Assembly (NCBI GenBank): GCA_041665405.1
Contig: JBAYIZ010000003.1
Span: 2,589 to 66,588 of the forward strand
DNA: 64,000 bases
DNA from: Candidatus Magasanikiibacteriota bacterium
Lineage (GTDB): Bacteria; Patescibacteriota; Patescibacteriia; Magasanikbacterales; GWA2-37-8
Reading direction: 5' to 3'
Part shown: piece after piece, positions 25,090-35,549 of the stretch
Numbering within the stretch: the first letter of the stretch is position 1
How the letters are laid out: every line of letters begins with the position of its first letter
The notes under the pieces: generated by a model
Database searches by the model: none
Seen by the model: only the letters and a program-made list of their open reading frames with translations
Told to the model about the DNA's origin: nothing
Position numbers and translations under genes: made by a program

Positions 25090-27999
25090 ATGGCCAAACT
25101 AAATGAAAATCAATTGAAAGCGGTCGAATACAATGACGGTCCGCTTTTGATTATTGCAGGAGCTGGTACTGGTAAAACCACCGTGATTACCAAAAAAATT
25201 TCTCATCTCATCACTCACAAACTCGCCAAAACGCAAGAAATTTTGGCCGTGACCTTTACCGAAAAAGCTACCAAAGAAATGGAAGACCGTGTGACTGATT
25301 TATTATCTACCGGCGGATTTGATGTTTTTATTACTACCTTTCACGGACTGGCTCAACGCATTTTGGAAAGTCATGCACTAGATATTGGATTGCCAAATAA
25401 TTTTAAACTTCTCAACGAAACTGAAGTTTGGCTTTTGATTCGAAAAAATTTGGATAAATTTGAATTGGATTATTACCGACCACTGGGCAACCCAACCAAA
25501 TTTATTCATGCCATGATAAAACATTTTCAAAAATGCAAAGATGAATTGATTGCACCGGAAAATTATTTGGAATATGCGGAGAGCTTGGATACAGATTTGG
25601 CCGATGAAGAAAAAGCTTTGGAAATAAAAAGAATAAAAGAATTAGCCAAAGCATACAAACTCTACAACCAATTATTGTTAGACAACGACACCATGGATTT
25701 TGCCGACCTGATGTTTTATGCGGTGAAATTATTGCGCGAACGGCCAAACATTTTGAAATTTTATCATCAAAAATTTAAATATATTTTGGTGGACGAATTT
25801 CAAGATACCAATTGGTCTCAATATGAATTGATAAAATTACTGACCAAAAACGAAGAGGTGAAATTGACAGTAGTGGGGGATGATGACCAAAGTATTTACA
25901 AATTCCGCGGCGCCTCTATTTCCAATATTTTGCAATTCAAAACTGATTTTCCCAAGTGCCAAGAAGTGGTGTTGGCCGAAAATTATCGTTCGGGACAAAA
26001 GATTTTGGATTTGGCGTACAATTTTATTCAACTCAACAATCCGGATCGTCTAGAAGACAGATTAAAAATAAATAAAAAATTAATTTGCAAAAAAGATTTC
26101 ACGGGTGAATTTGATTTGATTTACGCGCAAGACGAAAGTGAAGAAGCACATTTGTTGGTAGAGAAAATTAAAACGCTCAAGCAAACCCACGAATGCAACT
26201 GGTCCGATTTTGCAATTTTGTGCCGTGCCAAAAGTTATGCCCAACAATTTATTCCATATTTAGAACAAGCGGGGATACCATATATATTTCAAGCGACCAG
26301 CGGATTGTTTCGCCAAAAAGCCATTCTAGATAGTATGGCCTATTTGCGTTTGTGCGATAACTACCATGAATCTAGCGCGGTATATAGACTATTGAGTACA
26401 CCCGTCTTTGGGCTAGACCACAATGATATTTCCAAAATATTATTGTTTGCTCGTGAACATACGCTGTCCTATTTTGAAGTGTTGAACAATATTGAAAAAG
26501 AACATTTGAAAATATCCGCAGATGGGACAGAGAAAGCAAAAAAATTATTATCGGTAATAAACAAAGGGGCAGAACTGGCTCATACCAATCCAGTTGGCAA
26601 AGTATTGTACAATTTTTGGGAGGCTTCGGGATATTTGAAATTATTGAGCGACAATCCAGAAAAATATCAAGCGAACATTTTTAATTTGCAATCTTTATTT
26701 TCCAAAATAGAAGATTTTCAAAACAGCAATATTGATACCACGGTTCACGCCTGGCTAAATTATTTTGATTTTATTTTGGAATCCGGTGACGATGGCGAAG
26801 ATATGCAGATAGATAGTAGCGAAGATGCGGTGCAAATTTTGAGTATTCACAAATCCAAAGGTTTAGAATTTGATTTCGTGTTTGTGCCAAATCTAGTGGA
26901 CCAAAGATTTCCAACTATTGGGCGACATACCGACATTGATCTACCCGATGCTCTCGTACGCGAAGGTGCACTGCCTAGTGGTGATGTCCATCTCCAGGAA
27001 GAAAGACGACTGATGTATGTCGCTATCACTCGTGCCAAAAAAGGAATATTTTTTACTGCCGCCAAAGATTACGGTGGCGCGCGCGAGAAAAAATTATCCA
27101 AATTTATTTTTGAAATGGAAGAGACGAACAAGACACCATTAAGTCGCGAGTCAGTGTCCACGCACAAAAATATTGCTTTCAAAACTGCCCAACAAAATGA
27201 TGAGCGTCCTGCTCTGAATTTGCCATTGCCTACAGAATTTTCTTTCTCCCAACTTCAAGCGTATGATAAATGTCCTTGGCAATATCGCTATCAGTTTATT
27301 TTGAAGATTCCGACTTTTGGAAAAGGTGTATTTGTGTTTGGCAAAACTATGCACAGCACTTTGCAAAAATTTTATCAGCAAGTGATGGAATTAAATCCAG
27401 ACCATAAAAATAATTTAGATACAAAAATAAAAGTGCCGACCAAAGATGAGCTCTACGATTTTTATCAATCTTCATGGCAAGACACTTGGTATTATTCTCC
27501 CGAACAAAAAAAGGAATACCGTGAGATGGGTATGAAAATTTTGGAGACATTTTATGCGCAAGGAGAAAAAGAAGGATGGACTGTGCCAGTCACTTTGGAA
27601 TCTAGTTTCAAATTTCGACTTGGCGATCATGTGATAAAAGGCACGGTAGATCGTATTGATAGAATGCCAGACGGCAAAATCGCCATTATCGATTACAAGA
27701 CCGGCAAACCAAAAGATAAATTAAAAAAAGAAGACAAACGCCAATTATTGATCTACCAAATTGCTAGTGAAAGTGCTTTAGAATTGCGAGATTTGGGAGA
27801 AGTGGGGGAGTTGAGATATTATTTTTTAAACGATAACACCGCAATCGGATTCAAAGGTACAGACAAAGAAATCGAAAAGGAAAAAGAATATACTATCAAT
27901 TCCATCGCTGAAATAAAAAAACAAAATTTCACTCCCAATCCGAGTGAGCACAATTGTCAGCATTGTGATTTTAAAGATATTTGTGATTTTCGTGTATGA
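25090..27999 (+). CDS. UvrD/PcrA-family helicase fused to C-terminal PD-(D/E)xK (AddB/Cas4-like) nuclease
   Basis: AGAGTGKT, VDEFQD, YKFRGA, SKGLEF; C-terminal DRID...DYKTG and Cys cluster. Confidence 0.92.
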   Translation: MAKLNENQLKAVEYNDGPLLIIAGAGTGKTTVITKKISHLITHKLAKTQEILAVTFTEKATKEMEDRVTDLLSTGGFDVFITTFHGLAQRILESHALDIGLPNNFKLLNETEVWLLIRKNLDKFELDYYRPLGNPTKFIHAMIKHFQKCKDELIAPENYLEYAESLDTDLADEEKALEIKRIKELAKAYKLYNQLLLDNDTMDFADLMFYAVKLLRERPNILKFYHQKFKYILVDEFQDTNWSQYELIKLLTKNEEVKLTVVGDDDQSIYKFRGASISNILQFKTDFPKCQEVVLAENYRSGQKILDLAYNFIQLNNPDRLEDRLKINKKLICKKDFTGEFDLIYAQDESEEAHLLVEKIKTLKQTHECNWSDFAILCRAKSYAQQFIPYLEQAGIPYIFQATSGLFRQKAILDSMAYLRLCDNYHESSAVYRLLSTPVFGLDHNDISKILLFAREHTLSYFEVLNNIEKEHLKISADGTEKAKKLLSVINKGAELAHTNPVGKVLYNFWEASGYLKLLSDNPEKYQANIFNLQSLFSKIEDFQNSNIDTTVHAWLNYFDFILESGDDGEDMQIDSSEDAVQILSIHKSKGLEFDFVFVPNLVDQRFPTIGRHTDIDLPDALVREGALPSGDVHLQEERRLMYVAITRAKKGIFFTAAKDYGGAREKKLSKFIFEMEETNKTPLSRESVSTHKNIAFKTAQQNDERPALNLPLPTEFSFSQLQAYDKCPWQYRYQFILKIPTFGKGVFVFGKTMHSTLQKFYQQVMELNPDHKNNLDTKIKVPTKDELYDFYQSSWQDTWYYSPEQKKEYREMGMKILETFYAQGEKEGWTVPVTLESSFKFRLGDHVIKGTVDRIDRMPDGKIAIIDYKTGKPKDKLKKEDKRQLLIYQIASESALELRDLGEVGELRYYFLNDNTAIGFKGTDKEIEKEKEYTINSIAEIKKQNFTPNPSEHNCQHCDFKDICDFRV

Positions 28000-28289
28000 T
28001 GAAATCAATGGGAGAAATTTTATTATCCAAAGGTAGAAAATCGCCATTCATGCAAGGCGTACTTTCTGCTGCCGCCGTGGACATGGCCAATATTTTTATC
28101 GAAGATTATTGGGGAGAAGAAGGCAAAAAACTAGCCAAAGCGATGTACGTGAAGAACGGAAATCTGGTGATAGCCTGTCTAAGCTCTATCATGGCTCAAG
28201 AAATTCGCATGCGAGAAGCAGATCTCATCAGTAAGGTAAATTCCAAGTGTGGCAGTTCGATGGTTCGAAACGTCCGTTATTTGTCCTAA
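27996..28289 (+). CDS. DUF721/DciA-like protein
   Basis: Short alpha/beta ORF, LVIAC.SS.MAQEI. Confidence 0.65.
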   Translation: MMKSMGEILLSKGRKSPFMQGVLSAAAVDMANIFIEDYWGEEGKKLAKAMYVKNGNLVIACLSSIMAQEIRMREADLISKVNSKCGSSMVRNVRYLS

Positions 28290-28346
28290 ATTAGCCAAAT
28301 TTAGTGACTTGTCAAACAGCTTTTTTTGGTGTAATCTTAATAGACT

Positions 28347-28745
28347 ATGACACTCAAACAATATCTACTACTTATGGCTACCGGCACCATTATGTGTTGG
28401 GTGGCTTGGGTATTTATTCTATTCAACGTTTCACCAGAGCAAGCTGGTTGGATCGGATTCATATTTTTTTATACTAGTTTATTTTTGGGAACGGTTGGAA
28501 CTTTCTCAGTAATCGGTTTACTTTTGAAAAAACAAAAATCTAGCACCGATGACATTATTTTTCGTCAGGTAAAAAGAACATTCAAACAGGGGATATTATT
28601 TGGCATTTTTATTATCTTATCCCTGATACTTTTACAATTTAATTTATTATTTTGGTGGAACGCCGTTTTGTTGGCTTTGCTTTATATAGTTCTGGAGGGA
28701 GCGATAGTGTCCGGACGAAAATACAATAATCGTGATTATGTTTGA
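28347..28745 (+). CDS. hypothetical membrane protein
   Basis: Four hydrophobic helices; upstream of mreB. Confidence 0.8.
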   Translation: MTLKQYLLLMATGTIMCWVAWVFILFNVSPEQAGWIGFIFFYTSLFLGTVGTFSVIGLLLKKQKSSTDDIIFRQVKRTFKQGILFGIFIILSLILLQFNLLFWWNAVLLALLYIVLEGAIVSGRKYNNRDYV

Positions 28746-29784
28746 TTCATTTTTTGATAGATTCAGAAAAGATTTGGGGATTGACTTGGGAACAGCCAAT
28801 ACTTTGATTTATGTAAAAAATCGCGGCATTGTTATCAATGAACCAAGTGTAGTGGCTATCAATACTCGTACTGAACAGATTCTGGCCGTGGGCAACCAGG
28901 CCAAAGAAATGGTGGGCAAAACTCCTCCTCATATTATTACTCCACGCCCATTGATGGGTGGCATCATCTCCGATTTTGAAGTAACTGAAAAAATGTTGCG
29001 CTATTTTTTGGACAAAATAAATGAAGATGAAAAAAATTTTTTATCTCGTCCTAGGGTAGTAATCGGCGTACCGCTAGAAATTACTGAAGTAGAAAGAAAA
29101 GCCGTGTCTGACGCCGCAACCAACGCTGGTGCCAAAGAAGTGTGGGTAGTAGAGGAACCGATGGCCGCTGCGATTGGCGCTCGTATGCCGGTGCGCGAAC
29201 CGGTTGGTAACTTGATTGTAGAAATCGGTGGTGGAACTTCTGAGATAGCTTTGATCTCTCTAAGTGGTGTAGTGAATTGGAAATCTATCAAAATTGCTGG
29301 CGATGAATTAAATCGCAACATCGTCCAATATGCTCGTGATGAATTCAATTTACTATTGGGTGAACGCCAAGCGGAAGATATAAAAATAAAAATTGGTTCA
29401 GCAATGGAATTGCCAGAGATGTTACAATATCCGATGCGTGGTCGCGATTTGTTGAGTGGTTTACCAAAAGAAATCATGATCAATGATTCTCAAGTACGTG
29501 AAGCGATAATCAAATCATTGCGATCCATCGTGGACAATGTCAAAGCTACTCTCGAAACTTCTCCTCCAGAATTAGTTGCCGATATCCACGAACGTGGTAT
29601 TTTGATTTCTGGCGGCGGCGCACTATTGCGCGGCATCGACAGACTCATTGCTAGAGCCGCAGAAATTCCAGTTCGCATTGCCGATGATCCACTCACTTCA
29701 GTAGTACGTGGCAACGGTATGTTGCTAGACGACATGGAATTACTAAAAGAAGTGGCTATCTTCTCTCCACTTCATAGACGATAA
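28738..29784 (+). CDS. mreB: rod shape-determining actin MreB
   Basis: IDLGTANT, EPMAAAIGA, IGGGT, GGGALL. Confidence 0.97.
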   Translation: MFDSFFDRFRKDLGIDLGTANTLIYVKNRGIVINEPSVVAINTRTEQILAVGNQAKEMVGKTPPHIITPRPLMGGIISDFEVTEKMLRYFLDKINEDEKNFLSRPRVVIGVPLEITEVERKAVSDAATNAGAKEVWVVEEPMAAAIGARMPVREPVGNLIVEIGGGTSEIALISLSGVVNWKSIKIAGDELNRNIVQYARDEFNLLLGERQAEDIKIKIGSAMELPEMLQYPMRGRDLLSGLPKEIMINDSQVREAIIKSLRSIVDNVKATLETSPPELVADIHERGILISGGGALLRGIDRLIARAAEIPVRIADDPLTSVVRGNGMLLDDMELLKEVAIFSPLHRR

Positions 29785-29787
29785 ATT

Positions 29788-30555
29788 ATGCAATATTACT
29801 CGTTCAAAAAAACCTATATCATGGTCATGGGCATATTTTTTTTAATAATCATATTGCATTTTTTAGGTGCTTTAAATTTTATTGAAAATAAATTAAGAAA
29901 TACTATTGTCATAGCTTTAAAACCAATTACACAAAAAATCCAAGGCAACATCAACACTGAAATTTGTACCAACGAAATTGCCTCATCTACACAAGACCAA
30001 TTTATAATAAAAAATAAAGTTCTCGAACAAGAAAATCTTGAATTAAAAAATCAACTAAATTTTAAAAACCGCAGTATTACAAAAATTATTACCGCCGAAA
30101 TTATTGCCAAGAATTTAGACACTACCAATCAGGCGATTGTTTTGAACAGGGGATCAGTAGACGGAATTAAAATTGACCAGCCAGTTATTTATGGTGATGG
30201 AATATTGATAGGCAAAATTATTCAAGTCGAAGAAAATATTTCATTCGCTAGAGTGCTCAGTGACAATCAAAGTAAAATTGCGGGTACGATTTTAAATGCC
30301 GATCACAGTCTGGGAATAATCGAAGGCGGATTTGGGCTAAGTATCAAAATGAATTTTATTCCGCGTAACGAAAACATCATTACCGGCGACCAAATTATTA
30401 CTTCCGGATTAGAAATGAATATGCCACGCGGTTTGATTATTGGTAAGGTAGCCGCTATCGAAAATGAATCATATCAACCATTTCAACAGGCAATTATTAC
30501 TCCAGCTATAAACTACGAAAAAATAACTTTCGTTGGCATACTGTCAAATCAATAA
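29788..30555 (+). CDS. mreC: rod shape-determining protein MreC
   Basis: TM + coiled coil, NRGSVDGI, ITSGL; operon position. Confidence 0.92.
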   Translation: MQYYSFKKTYIMVMGIFFLIIILHFLGALNFIENKLRNTIVIALKPITQKIQGNINTEICTNEIASSTQDQFIIKNKVLEQENLELKNQLNFKNRSITKIITAEIIAKNLDTTNQAIVLNRGSVDGIKIDQPVIYGDGILIGKIIQVEENISFARVLSDNQSKIAGTILNADHSLGIIEGGFGLSIKMNFIPRNENIITGDQIITSGLEMNMPRGLIIGKVAAIENESYQPFQQAIITPAINYEKITFVGILSNQ

Positions 30556-30556
30556 T

Positions 30557-31105
30557 ATGCAAATTAAAAATATAATTAATAAAATCTTGGTTTTTTTGTT
30601 TGCTAATGTATTGATACTACTACATTTATCTTGGCGTATTATATTTCATCAGCCAGTCAGTCTTTTTAATATTATCATGGCGGTTTTTCTTTGGTTGATA
30701 GTTTTAAATCCGCGACAACTATACATGTCCATAGTGCTATATACCTTGATAGTTTGCGAGCTGTTTTATACATCGCCGTTTGGAGTTGAAAGCTTTGCCC
30801 AAATATTTGCGCTATTATTGACCAACTGGTTATTATTAAATGTTTTTACCAATCGATCATTAGTGATTGTATTTTTTACTAGTTTAATAACCATGATAGT
30901 TTATAGAATAATATTTGTCATATTGCTTTATTTAAATTCCGTAATTCAAAATAGCACTACTTCGATTTCATCACAATATTTTAGTATTTTCCTAAATGAG
31001 GCATTGATTACCGCCATCACTCTATCGCTAATATATTTGGTATCTTCTTTATTTGTAAAACGTTTGCGTCCTGAATATATTCTAGAAACTTCACGAATGC
31101 TATGA
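30557..31105 (+). CDS. mreD: MreD-like membrane protein
   Basis: Multi-TM ORF between mreC and mrdA. Confidence 0.65.
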   Translation: MQIKNIINKILVFLFANVLILLHLSWRIIFHQPVSLFNIIMAVFLWLIVLNPRQLYMSIVLYTLIVCELFYTSPFGVESFAQIFALLLTNWLLLNVFTNRSLVIVFFTSLITMIVYRIIFVILLYLNSVIQNSTTSISSQYFSIFLNEALITAITLSLIYLVSSLFVKRLRPEYILETSRML

Positions 31106-33081
31106 GTAATGATTTATTTGAAATTCAATCCGACAATCGTGAATGGCAAAAACTGGACGGGAAGTTCAAACATGATTGGGTTGAAGAAAATCTACATTTG
31201 GAAAAACCGTCTTCCAAACATACTACTACGATTGGAACACGCAAATATTTAGGAAAAAGTATTTTAAACAAACGTTTATTATTGTTTGTAATAATTTTAT
31301 TTCTAGCATTTGCAACAATACTTTGTAGAAGTTTTTATGCGCAGATTATAAGGGGAGATTACTACCGTGATCTCGCCGAAAGCAATCGTATCCGCATTCG
31401 TCCAATAGTTGCTGAGCGAGGAATTATTTTCGATCGGTTTGGCAAACAACTAGTACAAAACGTGCCAAATTTTTCTTTATCAATTGTTCCTCAGGATCTT
31501 CCACCAGATAAAAATAAAAGACAAGAAGTAATTTTTAAACTTGCATCCGTCTCTGGATTGACCGAAGAATATATTCAGGGACTACTTTTAAAATATAAAA
31601 ATTATAGCTACGAGTCTTTAGTGTTGAAAGACAATTTGGATTATGACACTTCACTAAAAATTTATATCGAAAGTACTCAAATGCCAGGTGTGTTGATTGA
31701 AGGTGGCACCAAACGAAATTATATTTATTCTAGTGATCAAAGTAACGTCAGTAGTACACTATCACTATCTCATGTCCTAGGATATTTGGGAAAATTGAAT
31801 GACCAAGAATTGACGGATAATCATGCGAAAGGTTATTTGGTGTCGGATAATATCGGTAAATCAGGGATCGAAAAAATTTACGAAACAGATTTGCGTGGCA
31901 CATACGGACGAAAAAAAATCGAAGTAAATGCCTCTGGTAGAGAGCAAGTGGCTGTGGCTCAAGAACCACCAACTCCTGGAAAAAATTTTTGGCTCACTAT
32001 TGATTTGGACGCACAAAACAAACTGGAACAACTGATAAAAAACTTTATTGCTACCAAAGGTGAACATAGAATTTCTGCGATTGCTATGGATCCTAGAAAT
32101 GGAGAAATCCTTGCCCTAGTGAGTTGGCCAAGTTTCGATAATAATCTTTTTTCTAATGGTATTTCACAAACAGATTACCAAATATATATAGACAATCCGA
32201 ATAATCCATTGTTCAACAGAGCGATCAGTGGAAATATTCCCTCTGGCTCTATTGTGAAACCGATAATTGCGGCGGCGGCATTGGAAGAAAATATCATCGA
32301 CGAAAAGAAATCATTTTTAAGTAACGGTGGTTTACAAGTAGGAAAGTGGTATTTTAAAGATTGGCAAGCGGGTGGTCACGGTATGACCAACGTTACCAAA
32401 GCACTAGCTTGGTCAGTAAATACTTTCTTTTATTATATTGGTGGTGGCTACGGCAACTTTACTGGGTTAGGTGTTAATAAAATGTTGGAATACATGCACA
32501 AGTTTAATTTGGCCAAAAAAACTGGCATTGATTTACCAAGTGAATCATCTGGATTTTTGCCGAGCAAAGAATGGAAGGAAACTACCAAGGGCGAACCGTG
32601 GTATGTCGGTGACACATATAATCTCTCTATCGGACAAGGTGATTTATTGGTCACTCCACTTCAGGCGGCCGTGTGGACTGCCGCGTTTGCCAACGGAGGG
32701 ACTATTGTTAAACCTCACATTGCAATGCAATTATCATTCAAAGATTCTGCTATGGAAAAATTTTATTTTACACCTAATAGTACAAACGTAGTTTCGAGTA
32801 AAACTATAAACATAGTACGCCAAGGCATGCGCGATTGTGTATTACTAGGCAGTTGCAAACTTTTACAAACCTTACCATTTACCTCAGCGGGCAAGACTGG
32901 AACGGCTCAATGGAACAGTTCCAAACCAGAACATGCTTGGTTTACTGCTTTTGCCCCCTATGAAAACCCACAGGTGGTCATTACTGTCCTAATAGAAGAG
33001 GGTGGACAGGGTTCTACTGTCAGTATGCCAATTGCCCGTGATTTCCTGAGCTGGTGGGGAAAACATTATTTGACACATTAA
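31102..33081 (+). CDS. mrdA: penicillin-binding protein 2
   Basis: SIVK, SVN, KTG motifs; RGIIFDR. Confidence 0.95.
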   Translation: MSNDLFEIQSDNREWQKLDGKFKHDWVEENLHLEKPSSKHTTTIGTRKYLGKSILNKRLLLFVIILFLAFATILCRSFYAQIIRGDYYRDLAESNRIRIRPIVAERGIIFDRFGKQLVQNVPNFSLSIVPQDLPPDKNKRQEVIFKLASVSGLTEEYIQGLLLKYKNYSYESLVLKDNLDYDTSLKIYIESTQMPGVLIEGGTKRNYIYSSDQSNVSSTLSLSHVLGYLGKLNDQELTDNHAKGYLVSDNIGKSGIEKIYETDLRGTYGRKKIEVNASGREQVAVAQEPPTPGKNFWLTIDLDAQNKLEQLIKNFIATKGEHRISAIAMDPRNGEILALVSWPSFDNNLFSNGISQTDYQIYIDNPNNPLFNRAISGNIPSGSIVKPIIAAAALEENIIDEKKSFLSNGGLQVGKWYFKDWQAGGHGMTNVTKALAWSVNTFFYYIGGGYGNFTGLGVNKMLEYMHKFNLAKKTGIDLPSESSGFLPSKEWKETTKGEPWYVGDTYNLSIGQGDLLVTPLQAAVWTAAFANGGTIVKPHIAMQLSFKDSAMEKFYFTPNSTNVVSSKTINIVRQGMRDCVLLGSCKLLQTLPFTSAGKTGTAQWNSSKPEHAWFTAFAPYENPQVVITVLIEEGGQGSTVSMPIARDFLSWWGKHYLTH

Positions 33082-33139
33082 TAATAAGTCTGTATCATAA
33101 TAGATACAAACTCCTTCCGAGTTTATTTTATTTTTCTAT

Positions 33140-33601
33140 ATGCAAAATGTACAATATTTGACCGAGGCCAGTTTAAAAAATTTAAAAACTGAACTGAAAA
33201 CACTCGAAGACAAAACTATTCCTGATATCGCCAAACGCATTGATGAGGCCAAACAACAAGGTGATCTTTCTGAAAATGCTGAGTACCACCAAGCCCGTGA
33301 AGATATGTCTTGGGCACAGGGGCGAGTAAAGGAATTAGAACACCTATTACAAAACTCTGAAATATTCCAAAAGAGTGTGGGTACTGATTCTGTTAGTATG
33401 GGAAGTACAGTGACAGTGAAAGTAAATGGCAAAATCAAAGAATATACTGTCGTTGGCCCTCAAGAAATCGACCCTCTCAAAGGCTTCATTTCGAACGAAT
33501 CTCCGCTAGGGCAAGCCTTTTTAAAACGCGAAGTCAAAGACAAAGTTGAGGTAATAACCCCAGCCGGAAAACAAGTCTACGAGATCATCTCTATCAAATA
33601 G
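33140..33601 (+). CDS. greA: transcription elongation factor GreA
   Basis: GDLSENAEY, ISNESPLG. Confidence 0.97.
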   Translation: MQNVQYLTEASLKNLKTELKTLEDKTIPDIAKRIDEAKQQGDLSENAEYHQAREDMSWAQGRVKELEHLLQNSEIFQKSVGTDSVSMGSTVTVKVNGKIKEYTVVGPQEIDPLKGFISNESPLGQAFLKREVKDKVEVITPAGKQVYEIISIK

Positions 33602-33607
33602 TACTAC

Positions 33608-33634
33608 AACCCCAGATATAAACTGGGGTTTTTT
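33608..33634 (+). terminator. intrinsic terminator after greA
   Basis: aaccccag/ctggggtt + T-run. Confidence 0.75.
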
Positions 33635-33684
33635 GACTTTTCAGGTAAAAAGTGCTACAATCAACCAGTTATATCACTATTTTT

Positions 33685-35145
33685 ATGACCGAAGAAATAA
33701 ATGAGTACGAAACCCGTTTGGGACGTCTAAAAACAATCAAGGAAAGTGGCATTGAGCCATATCCAGCCAAGAGTGAAAAGGGTATCCCTTTGGCTACTGC
33801 CAAAACTATGGCTGTAGATGAACCTATCCAAACTAGCGGTCGTCTGATCGCTATCCGTGATATGGGAAAGCTCTGTTTTTCTCACCTCAAGGACGCTTCT
33901 GGAAGAATGCAACTGGCTATTTCTGAGAAGGAACTAGGAAAAGAAAAATACAAATTTTTTGTTAAAAACTTTGATTTGGGAGATTTTATTTCGGTCGAAG
34001 GAAATATTTTTGTTACTCATGCTGGTGAAACATCTATTTTGGTTAAGAATTATACTCTGCTTTCCAAAGCACTGTTGCCATTGCCAGAAAAGTTTCATGG
34101 CCTTAGTGATATAGAACAACGCTACCGCAAACGTTATTTGGATTTATTGTCTAATGAAGATTCAATGGCCATCGCGAAAATCCGCAGTAACGTGGTAAGA
34201 GAAATCCGTAATTATTTTGATGGACTGGGTTTTTTTGAAGTTGAGACTCCGGTTTTACAAACATTATATGGCGGTGCCTTGGCCAAACCTTTTGTTACTC
34301 ATCACAACGCCTTAGATATTGATTTATTTTTGCGCATTGCACCAGAATTATATTTGAAAAGATTGATTGTGGGTGGATTTGAAAAAGTATATGAGATTGC
34401 CAAATGTTTCCGTAACGAAGGTATAGACAACAACCACAATCCAGAGTTTACTCAGATCGAATTTTATTGGGCTTATGCAGATTATACGAAGCTCATGGAT
34501 TTGATGGAAGATTTATTGCCACGATTGATTAAAGCCGCTGGCAAAGAACTCAAACTCAACATTGGTGGCCAAGAAATTGATTTTACCGGTCCATATCCAC
34601 GCGTTTCTATGCGTGACTTGATAAAACAATACGCCAAAATTGACATTGAAGATTATCCAGATGATGAATCCATGTATAAGAAAGCGATTGAACTGAAAGT
34701 AGAGGATGTCAAACCAGGTACTGGACGCGGAAAATTGATTGATGAAATTTATAAAGTATACGCTCGACCAAACATTACCAATCCGATTTTCATGATTGAT
34801 CACCCAGTGGAATTATCTCCATTGGCAAAAAAGAAAACTTCTGACCCGCGCTATGTCGAGAGATTCCAATTGTTATGTGTTGGTGGAAACGAATTGTGTA
34901 ATGCTTTTTCTGAGTTAAATGATCCACTCGACCAAGAAGAACGTTTCAAAGAACAAGCACGTTTGGAGGCGGCTGGCGATGAGGAAAGTATGCCATATGA
35001 TGATGACTTCATTACTGCATTAAAACACGGTATGCCGCCAACTGGTGGGCTTGGGATGGGTATTGATCGTTTGATAAAACTGCTCGTGGATACAGACAAT
35101 CTCAAAGAAGTAATTCTGTTTCCAACCATGCGACCAGAAAAATAA
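33685..35145 (+). CDS. lysS: lysyl-tRNA synthetase class II
   Basis: LRIAPELYLKRL, FRNEG, GMGIDRL; start MTEEIN. Confidence 0.97.
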   Translation: MTEEINEYETRLGRLKTIKESGIEPYPAKSEKGIPLATAKTMAVDEPIQTSGRLIAIRDMGKLCFSHLKDASGRMQLAISEKELGKEKYKFFVKNFDLGDFISVEGNIFVTHAGETSILVKNYTLLSKALLPLPEKFHGLSDIEQRYRKRYLDLLSNEDSMAIAKIRSNVVREIRNYFDGLGFFEVETPVLQTLYGGALAKPFVTHHNALDIDLFLRIAPELYLKRLIVGGFEKVYEIAKCFRNEGIDNNHNPEFTQIEFYWAYADYTKLMDLMEDLLPRLIKAAGKELKLNIGGQEIDFTGPYPRVSMRDLIKQYAKIDIEDYPDDESMYKKAIELKVEDVKPGTGRGKLIDEIYKVYARPNITNPIFMIDHPVELSPLAKKKTSDPRYVERFQLLCVGGNELCNAFSELNDPLDQEERFKEQARLEAAGDEESMPYDDDFITALKHGMPPTGGLGMGIDRLIKLLVDTDNLKEVILFPTMRPEK

Positions 35146-35147
35146 GT

Positions 35148-35543
35148 ATGTCAAAAGTAATGGTATTTGGAACATTTGATATTCTTCATCCGGGACATCT
35201 ATACTTTCTAACGCAAGCCAAGAAATCCGGAAGTTTTTTAACAGTGTTAATCGCTCGTGATCAGACGGTTCTCGAAGTAAAAGGAAAACTGCCTCAACAT
35301 GACGAGGCTACTAGATTCAAAAATATTTCTGACCTGAAAATCGCTGACAGGGTTGTGCTAGGAAATCTAGATGATAAATATCAAATTATAAAGGATGAAA
35401 AACCAGATATTATTGCGCTGGGATATGACCAACGCGCTTTTACTGATAAGCTGGCCGACATATTGGACAAGAAAGTAAAAATAATAAAAATAAAACCATT
35501 CAAAGAGGATATTTATAAAAGTTCAAAATTGCGGAACAAATAA
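35148..35543 (+). CDS. cytidylyltransferase-like / FAD synthase-like nucleotidyltransferase
   Basis: GTFDILHPGH, IALGYDQ, KSSKL. Confidence 0.85.
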   Translation: MSKVMVFGTFDILHPGHLYFLTQAKKSGSFLTVLIARDQTVLEVKGKLPQHDEATRFKNISDLKIADRVVLGNLDDKYQIIKDEKPDIIALGYDQRAFTDKLADILDKKVKIIKIKPFKEDIYKSSKLRNK

Positions 35544-35549
35544 TAAGTT

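Noticed and set aside
27100-27999. Cas4 / CRISPR adaptation gene
   Set aside because: It is the C-terminal nuclease domain of a UvrD-type repair helicase
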